DNA of 45,032 nt from a virus (lineage: Duplodnaviria; Caudoviricetes), in the IMG/VR virus record IMGVR_UViG_3300016476_000196, positions 1 through 45,032 of that record; one strand, given 5' to 3'. How positions within the stretch are numbered: position 1 is the first letter of the stretch; the number at the start of each line of letters is the position of its first letter. Positions 27,243 through 37,100 of this stretch are shown one piece after another. The translations under genes were made by a program, and so were the position numbers. Below the pieces are notes generated by a model, which was not told where the DNA came from, ran no database searches, and saw nothing but the letters and a program-made list of their open reading frames with translations.

Positions 27243-27573
27243 ATATCTCCTCTAGGTCAAATAGGTTAGAGGCGACGCTGTCCTTATAAAAATTCTTTAT
27301 AATTGGCTCAGCTCGGTAAACAAAGCTACGAAGAACTGAGTTAGGTAGGCTAGTTCCACTGCCGTATTCAAGAGTTTGAATCTCAGAAGCTAAATCTGAG
27401 GGGTAATCAATAGTTAGGCTGGTTCCGTTAAAGCTGACCTGTAGAGACTTAATTATGTGAAAAGGCCAGTTTGAAGCCATGGCTAAAGAAACCAGTTCGT
27501 CTGTAAGAATTGGGATAAGGTTATAGGCTGCGTCTGATACTACAGCGTCAACTTCACTTGTTTCGGCTAGCAC
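27235..27573 (-). CDS. hypothetical neck/tail-completion protein
   Basis: Position in the neck region; LEYG motif typical of tail-completion proteins. Confidence 0.5.
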   Translation of the reverse strand: MLAETSEVDAVVSDAAYNLIPILTDELVSLAMASNWPFHIIKSLQVSFNGTSLTIDYPSDLASEIQTLEYGSGTSLPNSVLRSFVYRAEPIIKNFYKDSVASNLFDLEEIYV

Positions 27574-27724
27574 CCTTTATTACCTTCCCCGCTACGTACG
27601 CACCCACTGCTGTGTAGAAGAGCTTTGTGCTATCGCCCTTGTCAGGGATGTGCTTTGCTATCTCTTTAGCAAAGGCAACCTGATCAGGCTTATCTACCTT
27701 CGGTTGGTTTATATAACCAAACAT
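27554..27724 (-). CDS. small hypothetical protein
   Basis: Not in the track; MFGYINQPKVDKPDQVAFAKEIAKHIPDKGDSTKLFYTAVGAYVAGKVIKGASRNK (56 aa); SD AAGGAG. Confidence 0.7.
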   Translation of the reverse strand: MFGYINQPKVDKPDQVAFAKEIAKHIPDKGDSTKLFYTAVGAYVAGKVIKGASRNK

Positions 27725-27803
27725 CGCAGTCTCCTTATGGAGTAGGGCACTAGTACATCGCAGGGGTAAAGCTTTGATTCCCGCATGGAATCATTATCAG
27801 TAT

Positions 27804-27830
27804 AAAGCAAAAGCCCCCTTTCGGGGGCTT
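27804..27830 (-). terminator. rho-independent terminator
   Basis: Minus strand AAGCCCCC-GAAA-GGGGGCTT-TTGCTTT, just after the stop at 27835. Confidence 0.85.
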
Positions 27831-27834
27831 AGCG

Positions 27835-28104
27835 TTACTTCTTTTTTGACTTCTTCTCTCGCTTGTCCTCAGCCTTTTCGCCTTTCTTGCCTTCCTTGGC
27901 TTCGTGGCGCTTTTCTTGAGCCTTAATCTTGCGAATGATTCCTTCGTCAATCTTTCGGTCAGCGGTTTGGGTTTCTGGCTTGTTACGCTTTCCGTGAGCG
28001 GTGTCCATCTTTTTGAACTTAGCCTTTTCTTCTTTGTCTAAGCCCTTGGTGGTCTTAGCGTCCTGCTTCTTGTCGTTCTTTTCGTTATAAGGCATACGTT
28101 TCAT
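27835..28104 (-). CDS. highly charged Lys-rich protein
   Basis: MKRMPYNEK...KREKKSKKK; ATG 28104 overlaps the upstream TGA (ATGA), so it is preferred over the track start at 28128. Confidence 0.75.
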   Translation of the reverse strand: MKRMPYNEKNDKKQDAKTTKGLDKEEKAKFKKMDTAHGKRNKPETQTADRKIDEGIIRKIKAQEKRHEAKEGKKGEKAEDKREKKSKKK

Positions 28105-28190
28105 TTGGTCTCTTCTTTCTGGCAGCACCCGCTACCACATTTGCAAGTAGTATTTTCTACTTCTTCCGAGCCGATTTGCAGGTCGCGCAT
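28101..28190 (-). CDS. Cys-rich micropeptide
   Basis: MRDLQIGSEEVENTTCKCGSGCCQKEETK (29 aa); ATGA-coupled to the next gene. Confidence 0.5.
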   Translation of the reverse strand: MRDLQIGSEEVENTTCKCGSGCCQKEETK

Positions 28191-28252
28191 GAGCACTTGC
28201 ATCCCTTCTGCGGGCTTCCAGCCTTGCATTTGCAACCACACTTAGCGCACAT
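28157..28252 (-). CDS. metallothionein-like micropeptide
   Basis: MCAKCGCKCKAGSPQKGCKCSCATCKSARKK (31 aa, 8 Cys); TAATG-coupled to the upstream gene. Confidence 0.7.
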   Translation of the reverse strand: MCAKCGCKCKAGSPQKGCKCSCATCKSARKK

Positions 28253-28401
28253 TATTTCTTACCCGCTTTCTTTTTTGTAGGCTTTGCAACCTTCTTTTTT
28301 CCTGATCCTTCTGGAACGCAATTAGGAACCTTCTTGCCGTTCTTCATCTTCATCCCAACTTGGACATACCCGTCCCAGCAAGGGTTAGAGTCTTTAGCCA
28401 T
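28252..28401 (-). CDS. small basic protein with PCW.GY...VPNCVP motif
   Basis: MAKDSNPCWDGYVQVGMKMKNGKKVPNCVPEGSGKKKVAKPTKKKAGKK (49 aa); TAATG coupling at both ends. Confidence 0.8.
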   Translation of the reverse strand: MAKDSNPCWDGYVQVGMKMKNGKKVPNCVPEGSGKKKVAKPTKKKAGKK

Positions 28402-28565
28402 TACTTGCCCTTTTTATACCTAATTGTAGCCTTTGGCTTACGGATAATACCGCCAGCTTTTTTGCGGGATTTAGACCCACCAGCTTTGTACTTACTACCT
28501 GTTAGCGCCACATCTACAGACTTCTTAGGCTCTTTACCTGCCGTCTGCCCAATTCTTTTTGGCAT
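28401..28565 (-). CDS. small Lys/Arg-rich protein
   Basis: MPKRIGQTAGKEPKKSVDVALTGSKYKAGGSKSRKKAGGIIRKPKATIRYKKGK (54 aa). Confidence 0.75.
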   Translation of the reverse strand: MPKRIGQTAGKEPKKSVDVALTGSKYKAGGSKSRKKAGGIIRKPKATIRYKKGK

Positions 28566-28567
28566 GG

Positions 28568-28738
28568 TTACTTCTTCTTTTTCTTAGATAGGCCGGCTTC
28601 TGAAAGGGCGATAGCAACTGCTTGCTTTTTAGACTTAACAACAGGGGCTTTCTTAGGACCCTTAGGGTCTTTACCGCTATGCAAGGTACCTGATTTGTAC
28701 TCTCGCATCACTTTTTCTACTTTCTTTTTGCCTTTCAT
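28568..28738 (-). CDS. small basic protein, DUF6496-like
   Basis: MKGKKKVEKVMREYKSGTLHSGKDPKGPKKAPVVKSKKQAVAIALSEAGLSKKKKK (56 aa); SD AGGAGG; KVM.E.K.G.LHSG...KQA.AIALSEA motif. Confidence 0.8.
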   Translation of the reverse strand: MKGKKKVEKVMREYKSGTLHSGKDPKGPKKAPVVKSKKQAVAIALSEAGLSKKKKK

Positions 28739-28746
28739 AGTGCCTC

Positions 28747-29283
28747 CTATACCTGAGCGTATTGTTGGAATTGTTCGTCATTGACCATTTCTTCAGGCAT
28801 TACCTGCATGCACTTTAGAACAATAATGGTACCGCGGTCATCAACATATCCTTGGGTCTGTGTCTGCATTGGGCGGTATACCTGATTTTGCCAAACAACT
28901 CTATATTTGTTAGCAAAATTTATCTGTGGCTTGATGCGACCACGGTCATCAAAAAAGATTTCAGGGCTAGCCTTCTGTAGGTCATCAATGTTAATCGTTA
29001 GCTTAAGAGAGTCGGATGAGTAGAATCCTCGTTGGTTAGTTTGATTTACACCGTGAGTGATAGAGGCGCTAATAACAGGAAGTTCAACTGGCCCATCCCA
29101 CACACGACCTGCGCCTATCGGCTCTACATCATAAATAGGATCAGCCTGAGATTCAGCGTCGTTATAAATCCACCATTCAGCAGTTGTACCAAAAGGATTG
29201 GTCGCATCCCAAGTGATGCCGTCACCAACCTCATCTAGTTCCCAGTCAGTGCTAAACCGACCGCCAGGCTCATACGCTCTCAT
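28747..29283 (-). CDS. head closure/neck protein (putative)
   Basis: DPIYD...GRVW.GP..LPV, GFY..D.L motifs; late-operon context. Confidence 0.55.
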   Translation of the reverse strand: MRAYEPGGRFSTDWELDEVGDGITWDATNPFGTTAEWWIYNDAESQADPIYDVEPIGAGRVWDGPVELPVISASITHGVNQTNQRGFYSSDSLKLTINIDDLQKASPEIFFDDRGRIKPQINFANKYRVVWQNQVYRPMQTQTQGYVDDRGTIIVLKCMQVMPEEMVNDEQFQQYAQV

Positions 29284-30337
29284 CGATCTCCTTGGCTTTG
29301 TAGAATACTAGGTTACGGGCTAAGCGCTCGTCTGTGGGGTTGAGCTCTAGTGCCTTTTCTCCGTATGAGATGGCTTGTTCATATAGCCCTAAGTTATAGG
29401 AAGCAAGGGCGGCTAGATCATAAACCTCAAACCCCCATGCAAAGTCTTCTACTATGTAGTCCATTTTCTTATCAGTGATTAACAGCGCGTTCTCCGCCCA
29501 CATTAAACACATTTCCCAGTCTTCTTTTTTATGGTAATGACGCGCCATAAGTACCAAGGGCTCTCGTCTTCCAGAAGACTCCTCTATAGACTTTTCACAC
29601 CAATACGGGGCTTGATCCACTTCAATACGGGCTAGGTAGTTCATAGAAGAAGCCCGCTCAGGCTTCCACCAAGCTGTAGGTAAAGAAAGATGTCGCTTAA
29701 ACTCTTTAGCAGATTCTTCCCATAATCCATTAAAATAAAGTTCTCGAGCATAATAAAAAGCGTTGCGATCGCTATACGGATCTTCTTGCACGGCCATCTT
29801 AAGTAGGCCTAGATAACTTCCTCGGGACTTTGACTCATCAGGTCTATGATGGATTTCAAAGTTCATGCGCATTCTTTTTTCTTCAATGCCGTATGGAGAA
29901 GGTAGTTCGTGAATGGGGTATCTCCAACGATAGCCAAATCGAGTATGGATGCGAAAGCCGTCAAACTCGGTTCCAGGACTCCCGTCAGGTAGCCACGATG
30001 TTATGAATCTGTAGGTTGGGCGAGTCACGCCTTGGGTGTGGGCCTTTTCTAATTCCTCACGCCAACCCGGTTGTAGCACCTCATCCATATCTAATGCAAT
30101 GCAATAGTCTGCATCAGTGGGGACAAATGCTAAAGATAAGTTTCTAGCGTCATCAAAACGCCATGGTTTAACCGTAATCCCATGAACCTGTATACCTAAA
30201 GCTAACGCCTTCTCAACGGTCTTATCCGTAGAGCCGGTGTCTGCTATGACAAGGTAATCAGCGCCCTCGGCAGACTTAGCCCAGCGTTCTACAAATTGTT
30301 CTTCGTTAAGGGCGATTGTGTAAACCGCTACCTTCAT
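29270..30337 (-). CDS. glycosyltransferase family 2 with C-terminal TPR repeats
   Basis: VYTIALNEE, ADTGSTDKT, FDDARN, LDMDE (DxD), IHE; TPR-like helices (FYYAREL, YEQAISYGEKALELNP). Confidence 0.92.
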   Translation of the reverse strand: MKVAVYTIALNEEQFVERWAKSAEGADYLVIADTGSTDKTVEKALALGIQVHGITVKPWRFDDARNLSLAFVPTDADYCIALDMDEVLQPGWREELEKAHTQGVTRPTYRFITSWLPDGSPGTEFDGFRIHTRFGYRWRYPIHELPSPYGIEEKRMRMNFEIHHRPDESKSRGSYLGLLKMAVQEDPYSDRNAFYYARELYFNGLWEESAKEFKRHLSLPTAWWKPERASSMNYLARIEVDQAPYWCEKSIEESSGRREPLVLMARHYHKKEDWEMCLMWAENALLITDKKMDYIVEDFAWGFEVYDLAALASYNLGLYEQAISYGEKALELNPTDERLARNLVFYKAKEIDESV

Positions 30338-30346
30338 GATGCTCCG

Positions 30347-30457
30347 TTATTCTTCAGGAAATACTAAGTCGTAACCGACTACTACTCCTTCATCGTTTTT
30401 AACTTCAAATTTTTCTGCGCCAGTTTCAGGATCAATTCCTAAGCTAGTTCTAATCAT
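30347..30457 (-). CDS. small acidic hypothetical peptide
   Basis: Not in the track; MIRTSLGIDPETGAEKFEVKNDEGVVVGYDLVFPEE (36 aa); ATGA overlap with the fibre stop; fills the gap. Confidence 0.6.
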   Translation of the reverse strand: MIRTSLGIDPETGAEKFEVKNDEGVVVGYDLVFPEE

Positions 30458-32181
30458 TCAAAACGCCCCCATGGTCCAACGATGCTTGGTGTAAAGCTTG
30501 CTGCTGTTGCTGGAAGATCTGTTTGTCCAGCGACTAATCCTGTCATACGAGGAGACAAAGCGCTCATTGCAGATGGGATAAGGTCAAAGGCAGTGTACAC
30601 AGTAGCAGGAGTGGTTCCTGTCCAGATGACAGCAAACGCGTAACGTTCTCCTGCTACTAGGTTATACGTTGCAGGGTATCCGCCCGTTGTATCAAGTGAA
30701 CGAATGTACGCAGTATTAGTAGATGCAAACAATGTCGTATCTACCGCAGTTCTAGCCACTAAGGTTGCAGTTGTTCCATCAAATGTGTAAAGGCCTAGAC
30801 GCGCTGCTGTTGTACCTGTAGCAGCAGTACCTGCGCTGACAACACGAATCTGGTCTATCGTGCAATCCCAACGTGGGGTAAAGAATGTGAAGTATACGTT
30901 TCCGTTTGCCACAGATCCCGACCAGTTGCCTTGACGTGGGTACACATCTACAGTTGCAGTGTCCTCATTACGAGAGCCGGCAGAAGGGGTGGTTGTATCA
31001 ACCCACTCCAAACCTGTAGCAGTAAGTGGGTTTGCAATAAGCTGATAGTGGTCCGCGCCAACGCCAAGTCTAGTAATAGCGTTATTGCCGGTAGCTACAA
31101 GAATGTCGCCCTTAGTTGTGACCTTGTTTTCACCAAGCAAGTTTGTAGTTGCCGTAGGTAGGGTCAAAGTCCCTGTGTTAGTAATGGTAGAAATTGTCGG
31201 GTTGGTCAAAGTAAGACCAGCAAGTGTTGTAGCAGTTGCTCCAAGAGTAATGCCGGTGCTACCAATAGTTATTCCGGAGTTCGCCAGTTTGGCGTTGGTC
31301 ACGTTGGCGTCGGCAATTTTTGTGGTTGTTACTGAGTTATCTACTGGGGTTCTTTCATTTGTTAAACGAGTATCGTTCCCTAGAACCACTTCAGTAGAAC
31401 TAGCGTTTCCAGTATCAGGTGCGTTTTTTACAGAGGCTGTTCCAAGACCTGTTACTTGAGTATTAGCAATAGACAAAAGTCCTTGGGAAATACCTACAGT
31501 CTGAGTAAGAGCATTGTAAGTAAGAGGTGAATCAGCAGTTACTACTCCTTGTGCACCTGTTGGTCCTGTAGGCCCAGTTGCTCCAGTGGCACCAGTAGCG
31601 CCTGTAGGTCCTGTAGCTCCAGCTGGACCAGTAGGTCCTAAAATCTGTCCTACGTTAACCCACGCAGAGCCACCCCATACCCAAATATCATTTGTGTCAT
31701 CTGTTAGGTATGCGTCATTTAATACTTGACCAGTAATAAGAAGAAGCGCTGCATAATCTGCAACAACTCCTTTAAAGTTAATAGATGTTCCTTGAGGACC
31801 TGTTGCTCCAGTAGATCCAGTAGGTCCTGTTGGACCAGTGGCTCCTATAGGCCCTGTCGCTCCAGTAGCTCCGGTTGGCCCAGTTGCACCACGAGGAACT
31901 CCAAAGTTAAATACTGCGGCAGATGATGTTCCTGAGTTAGTTACAGTTGCAGATGATCCTGGCGTTAATGTATTAGTTGTTCCTACAGCAACAGTAGCCG
32001 CTGCGCCTGTAGGACCAGTAGTACCTGATGAGTAAGGAAGGCTTGACCAAAACGATGTTCCGTTACCAACCTTAAATTTACCTGTGTCGTATTCGTAACC
32101 CACTTCACCCTGTGCTAGAAGCGGGTTGGCCGCAGTCCAGTTGGTTGAAGTATCCCGGCGATGTTGAATTTTAACTGCCAT
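30454..32181 (-). CDS. collagen-like fibre with Mtd/hyaluronidase-type N-terminal domain
   Basis: IQHRRDT..NW...NP.LAQGE.GYE.DTGKFKVGNG...W..LPY N-terminus; GPT/GAT triplets; globular C-terminus. Confidence 0.85.
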   Translation of the reverse strand: MAVKIQHRRDTSTNWTAANPLLAQGEVGYEYDTGKFKVGNGTSFWSSLPYSSGTTGPTGAAATVAVGTTNTLTPGSSATVTNSGTSSAAVFNFGVPRGATGPTGATGATGPIGATGPTGPTGSTGATGPQGTSINFKGVVADYAALLLITGQVLNDAYLTDDTNDIWVWGGSAWVNVGQILGPTGPAGATGPTGATGATGATGPTGPTGAQGVVTADSPLTYNALTQTVGISQGLLSIANTQVTGLGTASVKNAPDTGNASSTEVVLGNDTRLTNERTPVDNSVTTTKIADANVTNAKLANSGITIGSTGITLGATATTLAGLTLTNPTISTITNTGTLTLPTATTNLLGENKVTTKGDILVATGNNAITRLGVGADHYQLIANPLTATGLEWVDTTTPSAGSRNEDTATVDVYPRQGNWSGSVANGNVYFTFFTPRWDCTIDQIRVVSAGTAATGTTAARLGLYTFDGTTATLVARTAVDTTLFASTNTAYIRSLDTTGGYPATYNLVAGERYAFAVIWTGTTPATVYTAFDLIPSAMSALSPRMTGLVAGQTDLPATAASFTPSIVGPWGRFE

Positions 32182-32540
32182 TATCCGCTCACATCTCCTG
32201 CATCAATAATAGGTGAACCGCCGTAAGTAGTGTTTGCAGCGCCACCATCAATATTTTGAAACACTGGTCCAGTAGGCCCAGTTGATCCTGTAGGCCCAGT
32301 GGGCCCAATAGGTCCAGTTGGTCCTAGCGGTCCAGTAGGCCCTGTAGGCCCTGGAACGGTTGATGGTGCGCCAGTAGGGCCTGTCGGACCAAGCGGTCCT
32401 GTTGGTCCAATCGGACCAGTTGGTCCTGTTGCTCCCTGTGCGCTGCTGATACGCCAAACAGCCCCGTCCCAAAACCAAGTTTGATCACCAACGGTGAACG
32501 TCTCGTTTAGTACGGGGGAGTTCGGGAAATCAATAGGCAC
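32181..32540 (-). CDS. short collagen-like virion protein
   Basis: MPIDFPNSP...W.WDG.VW head, GPT repeats, IDGG tail. Confidence 0.85.
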   Translation of the reverse strand: MPIDFPNSPVLNETFTVGDQTWFWDGAVWRISSAQGATGPTGPIGPTGPLGPTGPTGAPSTVPGPTGPTGPLGPTGPIGPTGPTGSTGPTGPVFQNIDGGAANTTYGGSPIIDAGDVSG

Positions 32541-32555
32541 TCAGGGCCTCCCTAA

Positions 32556-32840
32556 TTATTCTTCTGGGAGGACTAGTTCAGGAAGATCTGCTGGTCGGTC
32601 TCCGACCTTCTCCTCTGCCGCGTCCCACTCAGCTTGAGCAGCTTCTACGCGAGCTTGAGCCTCTTCATGATCCTGCTGACGAACAGCGTTATCAGAGATA
32701 CCGTTGTACTTGTCTACAACTTCTCCATTTTCACCTTCGACAAATCGATGAGGAAGAGTAGAGTCAATCGGAGCTGTTAGTTCTCCGTCTTCAGAGAATG
32801 CCCATGTGCCATTAGTAAAACTACCTTTAGTTGTCATCAT
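32556..32840 (-). CDS. hypothetical acidic protein (possible fibre chaperone)
   Basis: 94-aa ORF directly after the fibre-associated gene. Confidence 0.55.
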   Translation of the reverse strand: MMTTKGSFTNGTWAFSEDGELTAPIDSTLPHRFVEGENGEVVDKYNGISDNAVRQQDHEEAQARVEAAQAEWDAAEEKVGDRPADLPELVLPEE

Positions 32841-32846
32841 AGTCCT

Positions 32847-34175
32847 TTACTTTTGTCTCCAGCTACGCATTGGTATAAGTGTTGGGTACAAGGTGCTTGT
32901 GTAGTATGTATCGATAATACCGCCGTTTTGGTTATAGTTGATGGTTCCCCCGTTGGAAACAGCGGATCCATTGAAGCCATAACCAGAGTTAGCAATACCA
33001 GCAGGATCAAAGTAACCAACTGATAGACCTACTGTACCGTCTGCGTTAGTTTCGTTAGTTCTAGCTAAAAACTTGCTCTCTCCAATTGGCACGATAGAGA
33101 ACCCGTTAGAGCTTCCGCCGTTTTGGTAGTTGTAGCCCTTTGAAGGATCTTTTGCACTAACAAAGTGAATGTTAATACCTGATCCGTAGTAGTAGTACGG
33201 TGAGTAGCATGCAAACCAGTTATTATCCCAAGTGTGGTTGTGGCGCATTCCATAATACTGACCCTGCTCAATGCCATATGAGGTAGTTAAGCTAAGAGAA
33301 GAAACATCTGTCTTGCTTACTGAAGCCTCATTTGCACCAGGTGTAAAGTATGAGTGAATTGTTTGGTTGCTTGGAGTCATACGAACTAGCCCAACCATTC
33401 CGTTATCACCCAAGATAATACGGTTATGGTATTGAGACTCAGAGTATGAAGAGTAGCTAGATGTGCTCCAGCTTAAAGTGTTTCTCTTGTAGCTAGCGCC
33501 GTTTACTCCAGCCTTAGCCTCAGACATAAACTTGTATAAAGAACCCATTCCGTAGTCTTTTCCTAAAGACACGCCTGGGTGGTACCACTCGTGATACCAG
33601 AAGCTTGATCCGTCAGATGTGATGATTGCGAGCTTACGTAGACGTTCGCTATAAGAAATCATACCGCTTGTTGATGTTCCGCCACCTGTGGTAATAAAGG
33701 TAGAGCTATTGTAGTTAAATGTTTCTAGGTATTGAGTTCCACCTCTAGGGTAAACACGAACAGTGGTTCCGTTTACATACAGACTATAACGAGGGCGAAC
33801 ACCTTCCTGCTCAATAACTGTTCCAAAATATGGCCAGTGAGATTGCAGTGTTGACGGGTTATTACCTACATGGCTTTGCCAACCGCTAGATGCTGGTAGG
33901 TTAACTAACCAGTTACCGTCAGCCTGTTGGAAAGGGGTCGCGCTAACCCATCCTGTAGAAAAATTGTTTGATGAAACGTTGTTACCGTCGTTGTAGTTAT
34001 TGCCGGTGTATGCTGAGTACATCTCCGCGCTAGTGTCGGCACGACCGCTAGCAATCTGACCTAAATCACTATCGTAAACACCCCAGCCAGGAGTATTAGA
34101 GTAGTTAGACCATACTCCAAATAGTGGAAGTGGGTCTTGGCTTCCGCCTCCAATTAATCTAGCAAGACTTGCCAT
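32847..34175 (-). CDS. Ser/Tyr/Asn/Gly-rich beta protein, possible fibre tip or receptor-binding subunit
   Basis: ATG 34175 overlaps the long-fibre stop; aromatic, beta-rich composition. Confidence 0.6.
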   Translation of the reverse strand: MASLARLIGGGSQDPLPLFGVWSNYSNTPGWGVYDSDLGQIASGRADTSAEMYSAYTGNNYNDGNNVSSNNFSTGWVSATPFQQADGNWLVNLPASSGWQSHVGNNPSTLQSHWPYFGTVIEQEGVRPRYSLYVNGTTVRVYPRGGTQYLETFNYNSSTFITTGGGTSTSGMISYSERLRKLAIITSDGSSFWYHEWYHPGVSLGKDYGMGSLYKFMSEAKAGVNGASYKRNTLSWSTSSYSSYSESQYHNRIILGDNGMVGLVRMTPSNQTIHSYFTPGANEASVSKTDVSSLSLTTSYGIEQGQYYGMRHNHTWDNNWFACYSPYYYYGSGINIHFVSAKDPSKGYNYQNGGSSNGFSIVPIGESKFLARTNETNADGTVGLSVGYFDPAGIANSGYGFNGSAVSNGGTINYNQNGGIIDTYYTSTLYPTLIPMRSWRQK

Positions 34176-37100
34176 TAGACGATCCTCCATCCGTAGGTAG
34201 CGTTCGCATAGACCAATTCTACCGACGCGTTAACAACATTTAGGTCTAAATTCTCAGCAAGACCCATAATTAAACTTCCATTTCTAGCAAGTGTTACAGG
34301 GTTAGTTCCCCACTTGCTTGCTACGTCTGCGATACGAACCTTTGTGTTTGCCGCAGGTGATGCTGGAAGCGTTAGAGTGATACGGCCAGTTGTTGTATCT
34401 GCAAAGGTAAACGATCCGGCTGTAAGAGTAGTGTTTGAGGTTACGATTGTCCATGAACCACCAGCCGCAGCTGCAACGTAGGCTACTGTAGCCACATCGG
34501 TGCTTGCGCTAGGTGTTCCAGACAAAGTAATCATGCTGAAGCTTGATGTTGAATCTGTAGCTTCAATAGATTTTGCCTTAAGAGTTGCGTATACAAGGCC
34601 AGCTTCTGAGAAGTCAACAGTAGTTACTGGCTTGGTAGTAGCAAGATCAAAGAGCTTGTACTTTCCGTCCGAGGCATCACGGGATAGACCAGTGTAGCGA
34701 GGGCGGAAGACGTCAGTTGCGTTAGCTGTACCTAGGTACTGAGCAGCAGTTGCTACACCTTGTAGGCGGTTTACTGTAGCTGTTCCTGAAGTAGAGGTTG
34801 TAGCCACATCTGAGGCAACCAATCCATAAGAGAAGGTTGTGGATGTGACAGCAGAGATTGTGTACGTACCATTAAAGGTAGGATCCACTGAGCCAACTAT
34901 TACTGTCTCACCTACTGAGTATCCGTGAGCAGCACTTGTAGTAAGAGTCGCTACGTTAGAAGTAAGTGACTTTTGAGTTACGTTAGAGGCATATGCAGTG
35001 GTTGCAGCCTGTGAAGGCACGTCTCCAGAAGTTTTAGCATAGCTAAATGTTGTTGTGCTAGGAGTTGCAGTGATTACATAGGCGCCGTTGAATGTGGCGT
35101 CTACTCCTGTAACTGTTACAGACTCGCCAACACCAAATCCGTGTGAACCTGAAGTGGTGAGGGTTGCGACGTTAGAAGCAAGCTCCTTGTTTGTAACGTT
35201 TCTAGCGGTAAGCGTTGTGGCTGGAGCACTAGCTACGTTAGAGGCTGTCTTTGCGTAAGATACTGTAAATGGAGCTGTGGTTGTCGCAGCTGTTACTGTG
35301 TATGTTCCATTAAATGTTGCGTCTACTCCAGCAACAGTAATGCTGTCTCCAGCCTTAAATTTCTCAATTCCTACAGAGTAAGTTACCGTCAAAGTTGCTA
35401 CGTTAGAGGTCAATGCCTTTGTAGTAATAGCTGCTGATGGGTCAAGAGTAGTTGGGTAAGTATGCTCACCGATAAATGAGAGGTCTAGGGTATCGGTTAA
35501 GTTATCTGTGCCAACAAAAATCATTGGGTCAGTAACTGCAAGGTTTTCAGTCTCAACAGTGGTTCCGCCACCGCCAAATTGAATAGTACCGGCAATATTC
35601 ACGTTACCTGCAACGTTCATATCACCTGTGATACCTACGCCGCCAACGATGGTTAGTGCGCCTGTAGTAGGTGAGGTTGAAGGTGTGTCAATTTCAATGT
35701 GAATGTTCTGATCTGGAGTAATAACCATCTGGTTGTTACCAGATGCGTATCCACCTGCAGCAAAGATAATCTTGTTTTCAGAACCGCTTGCACCTGTAGC
35801 AAAGACCATATTGCCCTTGTAGGTGTCATCAACGGTGTCACCAAACATGTAGAAGTCACCAGGGCCGGTGATTCCGTAAACAGCGTCATCGAACTCAGAT
35901 CCAGCGATACCAAAGCCCCAGAAACCAGCATCATCATTTCCATTGTCCATGTAGACGATGAAGTCTGTCGATGATGTTGGATCTGTGTTTTGGAATGCAA
36001 CCTGTGCGTATGAGCTTGTTTCAACACCAGAGTCATAACGGAATACTGCCACTGGGTTTGTAAGAGTGGCTGTTGTAGTTGCCCAGTTTTCAGCATCATT
36101 ACCGCTGAATAGGAAACCTTCAAAACTTACGTTTCCAAGAGTATTGAGGTCACCACTTAGACCCATACCACCGGCAACAATAAGAGCGCCAGTTGTTGGG
36201 CTAGTAGATGCAGTAGCAATCTCAATGTGAACAAATTGATCTGGAGCGATAATCATTTGCTCGTTACCTGAAGCAAGGCCTCCAGCAGCAAATACGATTC
36301 TGTTTTCAGATCCGCTATCAGCGGTTGCTAATACAAGATTTCCTGTACCACCAGAAATAACAACAGAGCCTCCAGAGGCTGTAGTAGAAACTTCTGCTCC
36401 TGCTTGCAAGAACCTAAAGGTTGTCGCGTTAGGAACGGCTGAGATTGTAAATGTTCCTGCAAACCCAGTAGTTCCTGAGATGGTTACTGACTGACCTACA
36501 AAACCGCCGTGAGCAGCTGTAGTAGTTACTGTTGCAATACCTGATGCTCTAGCAACGCTTGAGACAGTTGCTGTCTTGTCTGCAACACCAGACATAAAGA
36601 TGTAACCGTCTCCTGCGCCAGTGATTCCATATGTATTAGAATCAAAGGCAGGGTTGGTAATACCCATGTCAATCCAACCAGAATCGTTGTCTCCGGCAAC
36701 TGAGTAAACAATTACGTCAGCCGAAGACTCTGCATCATTATTTCCGTTTACAAACGCTACTTGAGCAAATGAGTCTGTAGCACCGCGCAAAACGGCTACT
36801 GTGTCTGTTAAGCCAGCGTTTGTTTCAAATACTTTTGCGTCAGTTCCTACATAAATAGAGCCTGATGTATTAACGTCTCCAGATACACCGACGCCGCCGA
36901 CTACAGTAAGTGCTCCTGTAGTTGGGCTTGTTGAAGCTGTTGCAATTTCAATATGAACATTTGAATCTGGGTAGATGGCCATCTGTGTGTTATTGCTGTA
37001 GTAGCCGCCAGCAGCGAACACGATAGCGTTTGTAAGACCTGATGCGTCAGTTGCGATAACAAGGTTACCTTCACCAACTGGACGATAAGATGTTCCTACA

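Noticed and set aside
27750-27950. 66-aa basic minus-strand ORF
   Set aside because: Alternative frame of the Lys-rich gene, and it runs through the terminator hairpin.
30454-32181. Diversity-generating retroelement suggested by the Mtd-like N-terminus
   Set aside because: No reverse transcriptase or template/variable repeat pair is visible in this window, and this N-terminal domain is common in non-DGR fibres.
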